A DNA stretch of 64,000 nt from contig OX597832.1 in the NCBI GenBank assembly GCA_951406725.2, forward strand, positions 50,654,001 to 50,718,000, read 5' to 3'. Source of the stretch: Octopus vulgaris. Taxonomy: Eukaryota. A program made the position numbers and the translations under genes. The notes beneath the pieces were generated by a model, which was not told where the DNA came from, ran no database searches, and was given only the letters and a program-made list of their open reading frames with translations. Of this stretch, positions 14,336-26,898 are shown one piece after another (the stretch's first letter is position 1; each line of letters opens with the position of its first letter).

Positions 14336-14495
14336 AATATACGACGGGCTTCTTTCAGTTTCCGCCTACCAAATCCACTCACAAGACATTGGTCGGCCCA
14401 GGGCTATAGTAGAAGACACTTGCCCAAGGTGCCACACAGTGGGACTGAACCCGGAACCATGTGGTTGGTTAGCAAGCTACTTACCACACAGCCAC
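13815..14495 (-). mobile_element. SINE family A with a Penelope-like hammerhead cassette in its central microsatellite
   Basis: Reverse complement of family A with a ~170-bp insert at 14098-14272. Confidence 0.85.
14228..14265 (-). ncRNA. Variant minimal hammerhead motif (CUGUUGA core), family H2
   Basis: UCUUU-CUGUUGA-A-GAGC(GUAG)GCUC-GAAAC-GUU-AAAGA. Confidence 0.55.
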
Positions 14496-15071
14496 AGCGT
14501 CATGTTTCTTAACTTCTTAATCAGAATGTCTTAACTCACAATTTTTAATAATTTATGCAGTGCCGCTAAATTTCTCCAAAAGCAAATAAAATGCACATCG
14601 GGGGCGTCGCTAGAGCGTGTGCCGTCTGGAACAGCCCCCGGGTGAGCCTCCTCTCCACTCCTTAGCAGGCTTTATACAACAGACCCCAAAGTGCCGTTCC
14701 CATAAAAGCGTTGCCCGGAGCGAACTGTCCCCATTGCCCCCCCCCCCTCTCCACTGACTACGCTACTGACACACACACACAGACTGATACATAGACAAAC
14801 ACATACGCAGTCATTAACACATGTACACACACACATACACACACTCTCTCTCTTTCTCTTACACACACATTAAATAACATGCCCTAATTAATCATCATAT
14901 GCAAATGATTTTTACGTACAATGCGAGCGAGGGGAGTCAATCGTTTCAACGTCCCGTCTATTGTTTGTTAGCGAAGAAAGAGTGGCTTTATGTCTATGAA
15001 AATTAGACCACGTTTACCAAGGGGTCAAAAACTAGTTACAGTTAACGTAATCGCAAATTTCTAAAAATAAC

Positions 15072-15489
15072 GGATCTTTCCTGTTTGAACGGCAGTTTTT
15101 CTAGCGGTGTCATATGAAATTGTCACCCATAATTATGACTCTAGTATCGATCTATTGCATTTCAATCTGTTTTAGGTTTAGGGTTAGTTAGGGGTGGGAG
15201 GAAGGGTATATTTTTTTCTTCAAAAATGTAAATAAACCCAATCTGTTTCTTAAACGAGGGACATATTCATACGGCACAGAATGTTGTTTACCTCAATAGA
15301 TGTCATTGATTGGTTGAAATTGCAGAAATTGAAGAAAAACAACAAATATCTTACAAACTATAGAATGTTCTCAATAAAGCCAAGAGAAAAATATGTTTTA
15401 TAAACACATTCTACCAGTATACGAAGTTTAAAAGTGTTTCGTTACGTGGAAATTATTTTTAAAAACTGCCGGTCAAACCGAAAAGATCC
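15072..15489 (-). mobile_element. MITE M1, complete, 8-bp TSD AAAATAAC
   Basis: GGATC...GATCC TIRs; AAAATAAC on both flanks. Confidence 0.93.
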
Positions 15490-15877
15490 AAAATAACGAA
15501 CATTTCAACCCATGAGGTTGTCAATAATTTAGTCCTTCTTATCGATTCAAACACGGATCAATTGATTATATATGAATAATTCGTTGCCTAACTACACTTT
15601 TTAAAGATTTGTATCGTCATCTTAAACATCCGCTCTTGTAAAACATACGTAATTTCCATCGAGGCTTCAACTTCAACCTCTTTCTTTAGTCGACCAGTAG
15701 AGAAGCAAAACCGGCCGTAACCGACCAGATCCTGCCTCTCACACTTACCCTACAATGTCATTTTTAAACGAACGATCTCGTCATCAAAATCTCGAAGCTA
15801 CGAGACAAAGCATTATTAATTCAAAACAATGTGAATAATTAAGCGTTACATTTGATAGAATTAGTTGAATAGTAATG

Positions 15878-16299
15878 GGATCTTTTCGGTTTGAACGGTA
15901 GTTTTAAACCTAATTTCTAGGTAACTAAACAGTTTTAAACTTCGTATACTGGTAGAATGTGTTTATAAAACATCTTTTTCTCTTGGCTTTATTGAGAAAA
16001 TTCTCTACTTTGTAAGATATTTGCTGTTTTTTTCTTCAATTTCTGCAATTTCAACCAATCACTGACGTCTATTGAGGTAAAAAACTTTCTGTGCCCTATG
16101 AATATGTCCCTCGTTTAAGAAACATATTGGGTTTATTTACATTTCTGAAGAAAAAAAAGATACCCTTCCCCCACCCCTAACCCTAACCCTAACCCTAAAA
16201 CAGATTGAAATGCAATAGATCGATACTAGGGTCATAATTATGGGTGACAATTTCATATGGCACCGCTAGAAAAAACTGCCGTTCAAACCGAAAAGATCC
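15878..16299 (+). mobile_element. MITE M1, complete, 8-bp TSD TAGTAATG
   Basis: TIRs and identical 8-bp flanks; inserted in the end of a P2 remnant. Confidence 0.93.
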
Positions 16300-16718
16300 T
16301 AGTAATGGGTTAAATTAACCACCTTCCCCCCACGGTCTGTCAGTTTTACAAATATACGTCTAAGACACTCAAAGCCCGTAACGATTCTTACACTCGTCCT
16401 TTTCTTCGAGAACTCCTTTGAACACCAGAATCTGGAAACTGGTCAAAAATCCATTACAATTTTAAAACTGCCGCCGCACAATGTTTCCGCCAATAAATGA
16501 ATGACTGAATGAATAAATAAATAATAAATAAATAAATAAATAAACAAATAAATAAATAAGGGAGTGTTAACCAGACCTGTCAGCTTCCTATTGCCTGTCC
16601 TTCAGAAATCACTGAAAAATCTCATTTTTGACATTCCCAATCCCAGACATTCCGCTCTCCAATTTCTGGATGCTGACTTTTTATAGCACCGGTCCCGATA
16701 CTTTTTGATCAGACGTCG

Positions 16719-16780
16719 TATACTAAAATTGGAACAATATAAAGATTAGCATGGCCTCTGTGCAAATTCATGAAAAGTTC
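16719..16780 (+). pseudogene. Decayed U6 snRNA fragment
   Basis: TATACTAAAATTGGAAC..AAGATTAGCATGGCC.CTG.GCAAATTC.TGAA matches U6; ACAGAGA box and GGATGACAC segment are missing. Confidence 0.85.
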
Positions 16781-16854
16781 TTGAGGCGCAAGCGTGGTTG
16801 CGTAGTTAAGAAGCTCGCTTTGGAACCACATTCTTTCGGGTTCAATCCCACTAC

Positions 16855-17452
16855 TCAATGGATTAAGATCTGGGGAATTAGGAGGGCTAATCTTAGGGAT
16901 TATGTGATCATGAAAATTTTCAGTCATCCATTCCTGTGTTACTAGAGCCATGTGTGATAGTGCAGAGACTTAATGAAACAAATATGACCGTCCATTGCAT
17001 ATACTGTCTATCCAGGGCTTAATTATTTCCAGGACCTTAATATAGGCAGCAGAGTTAACTCTAAGGCCTTGTGGAAAGAAGTAAGGAGGCAACAGATATC
17101 CTTCATTGCTGATAATCCCCTAAAACCATGACAGTTGCAGGAAATTATGTATGCATAACACTTGGAACTTCAGAAGGGTCTGCACATAACCATCTGTCAT
17201 TTCTTCTGTTAACTTTTTGATTTTGGTCGAATTTTTCTCGTTTGAGAAAAATCAAACTGAATCTTCTCCTGCATTTTTCTGTTTGTTTAAGAGCCTTTTA
17301 AGTCTGATGTAGTGATTTTCTTTTGCTTTTCTCACAAATTGATCTTTCCTCATCATATAAGACTTATATCTGAGGTCTTCGTGGACAACATTTTTGACTG
17401 TTCCTTCTAAAACATGGAGATCTTTTGCAATTGACCTCATGGACTTTCGGGG
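16855..17452 (-). pseudogene. Tc1/mariner-superfamily transposase remnant (maT/DD37D-like)
   Basis: Translations RKSMRSIAKDL...VHEDLRYKSY, NRRNDRWL, VMVLG and PPNSPDLNPL, with frameshifts and stops. Confidence 0.8.
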
Positions 17453-17600
17453 ATGGTAAAAATCAAACATCCAGTCAACATCATGGTGTTTGGAGTGATC
17501 ATTAGTGATGACAACATTATGCCTTCATTCATCTTCTCCCACGGCGTCACACTCAACACGGAGGACTACATCAAGTGCATGGAAGGGGTAGTGCTGTCCT
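17453..17600 (+). pseudogene. Second maT-like transposase fragment, opposite orientation
   Basis: KHPVNIMVFGVIISDDNIMPSFIFSHGVTLNTEDYIK is homologous to the minus-strand remnant. Confidence 0.7.
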
Positions 17601-17709
17601 GTATGTATGTATGTATGTATGTATGTATGTATGTATGTATGCATACATACGTACATACATACACGCGCGCACATACGCACACACACGCGCACACACACAC
17701 ACACACACG

Positions 17710-17758
<49 letters not shown>

Positions 17759-17841
17759 ACACACAGAGGAACAAACACATACACAAACGTACACACACAG
17801 ATGTATTTCTGTCCTGCTGAATTAATTTGTCTTTGTTATCA

Positions 17842-17876
<35 letters not shown>

Positions 17877-17929
17877 TGTATGTATGTATGTATGTATGTA
17901 TGTATGTATGTATGTATCTCTCTCTCTCT

Positions 17930-17966
<37 letters not shown>

Positions 17967-17970
<4 letters not shown>

Positions 17971-18229
17971 ATCCGGACAACTAGGTGATACAAAAAGGGA
18001 CAACAAAACATCCAGATAGACGATACAAAAAAAACAAGGACGGGTCATTCGAAGCTTTCTATCCTCAATCAAGAACCAGATCATCCTCGCAATTTCGGCT
18101 GATTAATCTTGAGATTGCTCCAATCTGGCTAGCCCTAAGGAAAAACTAAGCTAAGAGCATTAGAGCATTTTGTTGCCCCTTTTTGTATCACTTAGTTGTC
18201 CGGATGTTTTGCGTTCTTGTCCCATTTTG

Positions 18230-18235
<6 letters not shown>
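17967..18235. mobile_element. (TA)n-embedded element with inverted partial repeat (Penelope-like, family H3)
   Basis: AAACATCCGGACAACTAGGTGATACAAAAAGGG is inverted at 18168-18210; core shared with 28340-28515. Confidence 0.55.
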
Positions 18236-18265
<30 letters not shown>

Positions 18266-18288
18266 CGGCGTACGTGCACTTTGTTCTC

Positions 18289-18369
<81 letters not shown>

Positions 18370-19673
18370 CGGCGTACGTGCACTTTGTTCTCATTTATAT
18401 ATATATATATATATTTGTGAGAAACAGTTAACCATTTGAAGCTGTTCAATTCGTTCCACTTATATGATTCACATTGTAAGTCATTTGACACGACCTCTAA
18501 ATTATTCAACACAAACCGGAGTCGCTCTGCTTATTATTTCTATTCGAAAGTTCATTCTGCAGTTTTCTTTGATTCATAATGCTGAACTAACGTTTTATGG
18601 TCGTAAATTCTGATGATCAAATAAATATTTTCCTACTTTTTGTCATTCGTAAATCTAATCAATATATATATAATACGTTATGTGTCATCAATACATATTT
18701 AATGCGCTATATATCAAAATAAGGGTGAAAAAATTGGATATGCAGTATTTATTTCCGGGAATTTGGCGCGCTAGAACGAGGGCATGTGAATATAACTGTG
18801 AATATAATAGGCCTAACTACTCGTATTTTTGACCTCGTGCTAATATCTAGCGTGCAGTTCGACAAATTACATTTTATGACGAACCTCACTGATGATCTGA
18901 GGATTAATTATGTAAGTAAAATTGCATAATTTATTAACAGTGAAATAATTGTGTGGGGTTAATCTATATTTTTGTTATTTTTCATTTGTCCTGCTCGCTT
19001 ACGTTCATAGTGTGCTAAATTTTTCTTGAGAACAATTCTTAGTGGTTGAGACCCTTGCGGATCTATCTTTAGCTTAAGAGCGTCCACATAGTGGATTCTC
19101 TCTCATATTTGTGTATTAATAATGCGCTAAATATATATTTGTATATAGTATTAATTACTCTTCTTTATATATTCCATTATATTCCACTATTACCTTTTAT
19201 ATTCAGCTGACTGAAAGGTATCATGTTTTCAACTTTAGCCTATCTAAGCTGAATGTGTTTCTTGATTTAAGCGGAACAAATACAAATGTGAAAATATAGA
19301 TTGAAAATTAAGGTCAAAGTGTGTTCGTGTCGGCTCATGTCTGTTCATGAATTAAGTTGTTCAGGAAACTTTACAGTGAATGTCAATAATAATGTGTGGA
19401 CTATATTGTAAATGCCGTAACTTTTGCATAAATAAAACATGCTGTCTCTTGAAAATCTTGAGACAGTGTATATGTAACCTGTTCGTAAGGTCATGTACTC
19501 ATGTAAAGATATATACATAAATTTTGGAAGTTTTGAATACAGCATTTATGAAATTAGGGAGAACGTTTATTGTAGAATAACGAGTGAATCGTTGACAAAA
19601 ACGTATTGTACGTATTAAAAGAAATCGAATTTCAATAATATTTAGGGAATGATAAATGTAATTTTGTTATTTC

Positions 19674-19778
19674 GGATCTTTTCGGTTTGAACGGCAGTTT
19701 TTTCTAGCGGTGTCATATGAAATTGTCACCCATAATTATGACCCTAGTATCGATCTATTGCATTTCAATCTGTTTTAG
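19674..19778 (-). mobile_element. MITE M1 end fragment running into (TG)n
   Basis: One TIR plus ~80 bp of body. Confidence 0.8.
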
Positions 19779-19790
19779 TGTGTGTGTGTG

Positions 19791-19827
<37 letters not shown>

Positions 19828-19844
19828 ATGCGTGTGTGTGTGTG

Positions 19845-19882
<38 letters not shown>

Positions 19883-20258
19883 CGTGCGTGTGTGTACATA
19901 CGCACGCGAAAACTGGGTGGGTCTAAGCACCTTTCGTCTGGTTCAAAGAAGTTTTAAATTTTTATGTTCCCTTTATGATGTCTCAATACAGATGACGTTT
20001 GTCTGGGGCTTTGGTTTCGAAAGTTTCCCGTCTCTTTCATCCTTTCACGGTGATTAGAAGCTAGGAAATGTGCCGGTCAACGAACTCACTGAGATATCTG
20101 AAGACTAAGTGCGGAGTCAAAATCGTCTTTACCTTATTGTTAGATTGTTAGTGCTCGCGGGGTTTTTGCTTTATGTACCTCTGAGTTCTTAAACATTCCT
20201 TCTGTAACAAGCTGGTTGGTAGCCATAACCTAGTTACAAGGTATCTGGTATTGTTCTA

Positions 20259-20491
20259 AGTCGGCGAGCTGGCAGAAACGTTAGCACGCCGGACGAAATG
20301 CGTAGCCGTATTTCGTCTGCCGTTGCGTTCTGAGTTCAAATTCCGCCGAGGACGACTTTGCCTTTCAACCTTTCGGGGTCGATAAATTAAGTACCACTTA
20401 CGCACTGAGGTCGATGTAATCGACTTAATCCGTTTGTCTGTCCTTGTTTTTTCCTCTCTGCGTTTAGCCCCTTGTGGGCAGTAAAGAAATA
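20259..20491 (+). mobile_element. SINE B monomer with ~18-bp TSD
   Basis: Flanked by GGTATCTGGTATTG(T/C)TCT. Confidence 0.9.
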
Positions 20492-20850
20492 GGTATCTGG
20501 TATTGCTCTTGTACCCGTATGGGGTCTTAACTAGGCAATTGTAGAACTGGAAACCCGAGGTTTTCAAACAAAAACATATACGTACTTCACATTCGGCGCA
20601 TTCTCGAAGAATATTTTATTGTAAGCAATTTTGTAACTGTAAAGTGAATGCGACATCAAATAACAATAAAAATCACGGACGCGTATTAATGGTAACTCAA
20701 CACATAATCGTAAGTATGTCAAGAGAAAATAGCTATATATATATATATGGTGGGTATTCTAATACAAAATAAGTTTTTTTGTTGCTATTAAAATGTTTGA
20801 GCATCTTTTCAAGATATTTCTACAAAACAGCCCGGTGGCGGAGTAGCTAA

Positions 20851-20863
20851 AGTGTGTATGTGC

Positions 20864-20916
<53 letters not shown>

Positions 20917-21061
20917 TGCGCGTGTGTGTGTGCGTGTGTGTGTGCGTGCGTGTGTGTGCGTGCGTGTATGTGTATGTGTGTGTGTGTTTGTGTGTGCGTG
21001 TGTGTGTGTGCGTGTGTGTGCGTGTGCGTGTGTATGTGTGTGTGTGTATGTGCGTGTGTGT

Positions 21062-21094
<33 letters not shown>

Positions 21095-21105
21095 TGTGTG
21101 TGTGT

Positions 21106-21146
<41 letters not shown>

Positions 21147-21388
21147 GCTCGTGGCAGCCTGTGATTTTCTCCTCCCCCTCACACCCCTGGTGCGCTTGCA
21201 TAAGCCTTTACGGGTTTATATGCAGCAGACCCAGATGAGCCGTTCCCATAAAACCATCACCCGGTGGGGGGGAGAAAGGGCCACCCCCTGCCCCTCCTCT
21301 TCCCCCTCCCAGCCTCACTATTGAATAAATTAGCAAAATAGATTATTTTCCTTAGATGTTCGGTATACTGTGTGCATTAGTTTCTGGG

Positions 21389-21426
<38 letters not shown>

Positions 21427-21478
21427 CATGTGTGTGTGTTTGTGTATGTTGGGTGTATTTTTCAGTCCCCTTCACTCA

Positions 21479-21519
<41 letters not shown>

Positions 21520-21780
21520 CCTCTTTCATTTCCTCCTCCTATGTCTCTCTATCAATCACCCCCTCAAGACACACACTCTAATTCTCTCATTTTGTATGTG
21601 AGAGAGAGAGAGAGAGAGAGAGAAAGAAAGAAAGAGAGAGAAAGAGAGAAAGAAAGAGAGAGAAAGAGGGAGAGAAAGAGACAGAGGGAGAGAAAGAGAG
21701 AGAGAAAGAGGGAGAGAAAGAGAGAGAGAGAAAGAGGGAGAGAAAGAGGGAGAGAAAGAGAGAGAGAGAGTGTGTGTGTA

Positions 21781-21811
<31 letters not shown>

Positions 21812-21835
21812 ATGTGTGTGTTTGTGTGTGTGTGT
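20851..21835. repeat. TG/TGCG, CT and GA compound microsatellites
   Basis: Direct reading. Confidence 0.9.
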
Positions 21836-22376
21836 ATACGTGGCCTCCGCGGTAAAATGTTCTTTGTGGAACAAGAAAGATTCCGGGTCGTCCGTGGACC
21901 CCAATCCTCCATCTCCCCACCACCACCTCCGCCACCACCACAACTACTCTACTGATTTCGACTCCCTTTTGCATCACCAGCTCATACACAAAAACATTCA
22001 ACACTATCCCCTAAGTAACAACGAAAATTGCTGGCTAGCAAAATATCTTTCTGCTTGCCAAACCCATGTATTATACAGCAATTTGCATTTTACAAAACTG
22101 GTATGCCAGCAGATTAGGTCCCATCACCCGATCTGTTTAACATATATGTCTACAAAACCTTTTAGCCGATACGCTTCTGCTCACATTTCCGCAAATCTTA
22201 CGTACGGCCTCATACTTAATAATTTCACACTTCTATCGTCTTTAACATTTGGAAACTCAGATACACAAATACCCCCATCGTTATATGAATAATTTAAAAC
22301 TCTGAATTCAAAACAACAGACTTAAAATAGTACCCCTTGTATCCAACGTCTTCCATTTTATTTTTATATATATTAT

Positions 22377-22639
22377 AGGCGCAGGAGTGGCTGTGTGGTA
22401 AGTAGCTTGCTTACCAACCACATGGTTCTAGGTTCAGTCCCACTGCGTGGCACCTTGGGCAAGTGTCTTCTACTATAGCCTCGAGCCGACCAAAGCCTTG
22501 TGAGTGGATTTGATAGACGGAAACTGAAAGAAGCCCGTCGTATATATGTATATATACAATTGTATTCCACCTGCCTTCGTCTTTTGTTTATTTCCGTAAA
22601 CCTGCCTTCGTCTTTTGTCTATTTTCATGAAGCTTCCCG

Positions 22640-22709
<70 letters not shown>

Positions 22710-22925
22710 ATGTGTCTGTGTGTTTATGTGTCTGTGTTTGTCCCCCTAGCATTGCTTGACAACCGATGCTGGTGTGTATATGTGCCCGTAACTTAGCGGT
22801 TCGGCAAAAGAGACCGATAGAATAAGTACTGGGCTTACAAAGAATAAGTCCCGGGGTCGATTTGCTCGACTAAAGGCGGTGCTCCAGCATGGCCGCAGTC
22901 AAATGACTGAAACAAGTAAAAGAAA
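22377..22925 (+). mobile_element. SINE family A with partial H2 cassette (22556-22640)
   Basis: Full head and tail; insert is the reverse complement of 14098-14190. Confidence 0.88.
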
Positions 22926-23342
22926 AAAAAGAAAAAAAAAGAATATATCAGGAACATAAAGTACAACCAGCCGTCACACTCGATAATATAAACGAACCAA
23001 TGACGAAACTAAAAGCCACTATGCCAGGAGTGGGGAACTCCTCGCCTGCAAAGGACATTTCGCTTCCATTCAAAACTTTCCCAGACACTTTCGCCTTTCT
23101 TTTTGTTTTTTTTCTAGTACTCTTTCCTTGTTTTAGACTTAATGTAATCTAATCCTCCCTCAACAGGTCTCATCCTATCTATGTCCCTCTACCATTTACT
23201 TACCCCTGTTAAACATTTTTTTGATTTTTTTCTTGTCTACAGTTTATGGCGTGCTCCTGTAATCCAGTTACTCGGAGGCTTGGTTGGTTGGCCGGTTTGA
23301 GGATGGAAGTCCTGGTAGTCGGTCTTTTATGACGATCGGGTA

Positions 23343-23765
23343 TAGGCGCAGGAGTGGCTGTGTGGTAAGTAGCTTGCTTAGCAACCGCATGGTTCCGGGT
23401 TCATTCCCACTACGTGGCACCTTGGGCAAGTGTCTTCTACTATAGCCTCGGGCCGACCAATGCCTTGTGAGTGGATTTGGTAGACTGATTTGGTAACTGA
23501 AAGAAGCCTGTCCTATGTGTATGTGTGTGTGTGTGTGTATGTGTGTGTGTGTGTGTGTTTGTGTGTCTGTGTTTGTCCCCCAAACATCGCTTGACAACCG
23601 ATGCTGGTGTGTCTGCGTCCCCGTAACTTAGCGGTTCGGCAAAAGAGAACGGTAGAATAAGCACTAGGCTTACAAAGAATAAGTCCTAGGGGGGGTCGAT
23701 TTGCTCGACTAAAGGCGATGCTCCAGCATGGCCGCAGTCAAATGACTGAAACAAGTAAAAGAGAG
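23343..23765 (+). mobile_element. SINE family A
   Basis: Full-length match. Confidence 0.9.
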
Positions 23766-24007
23766 TATATATCATTTCTTATGGATATTTAATAAGAACA
23801 ATCGTAACAATGCGTCTTTCCCTAACTGAAGCAGGCAAATAAACAACATGGCCGCCCAAACTCAAGATCTTTAGCGAGACCACCACTTTATGTATGAATG
23901 TACCTGATGTGACCCAGACTGCAAGTTGGATGCAACGCAGTATGATGTACAGCATCCCATCCATAAGGGACCATAAGGGATGGGTCGAAACGATCATCGT
24001 ATAAAAT

Positions 24008-24378
24008 GGATGGAAGCACTCCGTCGGTTACGACGACGAGGGTTCCGGTTGATCCGAATCAACGGAACAGCCTGCTCGTGAAATTAACGTGTAAGTGGCT
24101 GAGCACTCCACAGACACGTGTACCCTTAACGTAGTTCTCGGGGATATTCAGCGTGACACAGAGAGTGACAAGGCCGGCCCTTTGAAATACAGGTACAACA
24201 GAAACAGGAAGTAAGAGTGAGAGAAAGTTATGGTGAAAGAGTACAGCAGGGATCACCACCATCCCTGCCGGAGCCTCGTGGAGCTTTAGGTGTTTTCGCT
24301 CAATAAACACTCACAACGCCCGGTCTGGGAATCGAAACCGCGAGTCCGCTGCCCTAACCACTGGGCGATTGCGCCTCC
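24008..24378 (-). mobile_element. SINE family C with TSD ATCGTATAAAAT
   Basis: tRNA-like head; identical 12-bp flanks. Confidence 0.88.
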
Positions 24379-24617
24379 TTATCGTATAAAATAAAGTTAT
24401 ACCAAATCCATCTCCTGTTGCCTTAATCGATTATTGTATGTGTGTGTGTGCGTGCATGTGTGTGCGTATGTGTGTGTGTTTGTGTGTGTGCGTGTGCGTG
24501 TGTGTGTGTGTGTAGCTGGATATTCGTCAGGCCCAAAACACCCAACAATCCCTTGGGGAATAGGATATTATCTTTTGGCACCGTTTTGTCTTTGAAAGAA
24601 ATAGCTATAAATAGAAT

Positions 24618-25051
24618 GGATCTTTTCGGTTTGAACGGCAGTTTTTTTCTAGCGGTGTCATATGAAATTGTCACCATAATTATGACCATAGAATCGATCT
24701 ATTGCATTTCAATCTCTTTTAGGATTAGGGTTAGTTAGGGTTAGGGTTAGGGGGAAGGGCATCTTTTTTCTTCAGAAATGTAAATAAACCCAATCTGTTT
24801 CTTAAACGAGGGACATATTCATACGACACAGAGTGTGTTTTTTTTTTACCTCAATAGACGTCATTGATTGGTTGAAATTGCAGAAATTGAAGAAAAGACA
24901 ACAACAAATATCTTACAAACCATAGAATTTTCTCAATAAAGCCAAGACAAAAAGATGCTTTATAAACGCATTCTACCAGTATACGAAGTTTAACATTTTT
25001 TAGTTACCTAGAAATTATTTTAAAAAACTGTCGTTCAAACCAAAAAGATCC
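24618..25051 (-). mobile_element. MITE M1, both TIRs, no matching TSD
   Basis: GGATCTTTTCGG...CAAAAAGATCC; flanks AATAGAAT and CTAAACTC differ. Confidence 0.9.
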
Positions 25052-25210
25052 CTAAACTCCACAGCTATACCATCCCACTCTGTAACGATTCTATTAATTC
25101 TTTCAAATTGATATGTAAAATAAGCCGTGTCGTCACGACCGGAAAGCTTTTTTTTTTTTTTCATAGGTGTACTATAATTCTGCTTTAAATCACGAGATAA
25201 TTGTATATCA

Positions 25211-25625
25211 GGCAGAAACATTAGCACGCCGGGCGAAATGCTGAGCGGTATTTCGCCTGCCGTTACGTTGTGAGTTCAAATTCCGCCGAGGTCGACTTTG
25301 CCTTTCATCCTTTCGGGGTCGATAAATTAAGTACCAGTTACGCTCTGGGGTCGATGTAATCGACTTAATACCTATGTCTGTCTTTGTTCGTCCCCTCTGT
25401 GTTTAGCCCCTTGTGGGTAATAAAGAAATAGGTATTTTGTCTGCCGTTACGTTGTGAGTTCAAATTCCGCCGAGGTCGACTTTACCGTTCATCCTTTCCG
25501 GGACGATAAATTAAGTACCAGTTACGCACTGGGGTCGATGTAATCGACTTAATACCTATGTCTGTCTTTGTTTGTCCCCTCTATGTTTAGCCCCTTGTGG
25601 GTAATAAAGAAAGAGGTATCTCGTC
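25211..25625 (+). mobile_element. SINE B dimer plus start of a third unit
   Basis: Junction AAAGAAATA|GGTATTTTGTCTGCC; ends AAAGAAAGAGGTATCTCGTC. Confidence 0.88.
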
Positions 25626-26422
25626 AAAATTTCATAAAACATAACCGTTATTTCCTGGAAGTTTTGAGGAAGCACATTCGAAGAGCGTGAGTATCCGAAA
25701 CACTCCTCACAACGCTCCAACAAAAAATTTTACAAATTACGACGACGACGACGGTGAGTGCGGCAGACGACAGCAGACGACGGCAGACGACGGCAGACGA
25801 CGACAAGGCAACAATAATGGCGGCGGCGACGGTGGTGACAGCAACAACAAAATATCTACTTGAAAGCCACAAGTGCAGTCTGTGTGTGTGTATGCGTGAA
25901 TGTGTGTGTGTGTATGCGTGAATGTGTTTGTGTGTGTGTGCGCGTGTGTATGTGTGTGTGTGTAGGAAATGAGATAAAGTAATCGTCGTTCGTGTGAAGC
26001 CAGCCTTTCCATTGTGCTTGCTTGCTTTCCTGTATCTCCTACAAGGGACCAAAGGATGAGCAGAGAATACTCCCCACTCCCTTATAAAAAAATTGATAAA
26101 AAACCCTAGATCAAATGAAATTAAAAAAACAAATCGCTCGAAGAAGGAAATTATTTAAGTTCAAACAAAGTTTAATCGCGAGAGAATTTCCTAAAGTAAG
26201 GACGTTACCCTCTCTTCCTTCCTTCTCATTCTCCTTCCTCCTCCTCCTCCTTATCCCATTTTATGTTAAACCTCTTCAATTTATGTAACCCGTATTTGCT
26301 ATATCGCTTTCATCCGACGCTCCTGTGGCATATAAATAGAAATCATCATCATCATCATCATCATCATCGTCGTCGTCGTCATCATCATCGTCATCGTCAT
26401 TATCATCACCATCACTATTATT

Positions 26423-26880
26423 AGGCAAGCTGGCAGAATCGTTCAGCACTCCGGGGGGGGGGGGGGGAATGCTAAGCAAGATTCAGTCAGTTTTTAAGTC
26501 TGAGCTCAAATTCAGCCAAGGTCGACTTTGCCTTTCATCTTTTCGGGGTCGATAGACTAAGTACCAGTGAAACACTGGAGTCGATGTAATCGACTTGTCC
26601 TGTCCACCCCAAATTTCAGACCCCCCTACCTATAGTAGAAAGGATTAGACGGTGAGCTGGCAGAATTGTTAATGCGTCGGGGAAAATGCCTAGCGGCATT
26701 TCTCCCGACTTTTACGTTCTGAGGTCAAATGCCGCCTTTGTGGGTCGATAAAATAAGTGCCAAGTTGAACACTGGGGTTAATGTAATCGACTTATCTCCT
26801 CTCCGGAATTGCTGACCTTGTGCCAGAAGTTGAAACCATTATTATTATTATTGAGCCTTATGCCTATAGTAGAAAGGATT
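26423..26880 (+). mobile_element. Two older, diverged SINE B copies
   Basis: GGCAAGCTGGCAGAATCG and GGTGAGCTGGCAGAATTG heads with the GGTCGATA..AAGTACCAG core. Confidence 0.7.
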
Positions 26881-26898
26881 ATAATTATTATTATTATT

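Noticed and set aside
16719-16780. Functional U6 gene
   Set aside because: Lacks the 5' stem, ACAGAGA box, part of the internal stem-loop and the terminator
18884-18905. CTGATGA inside a small hairpin
   Set aside because: No stem II-GAAA downstream
24722-24752. True or interstitial telomere
   Set aside because: Only a few TTAGGG units, always at the same position inside MITE M1
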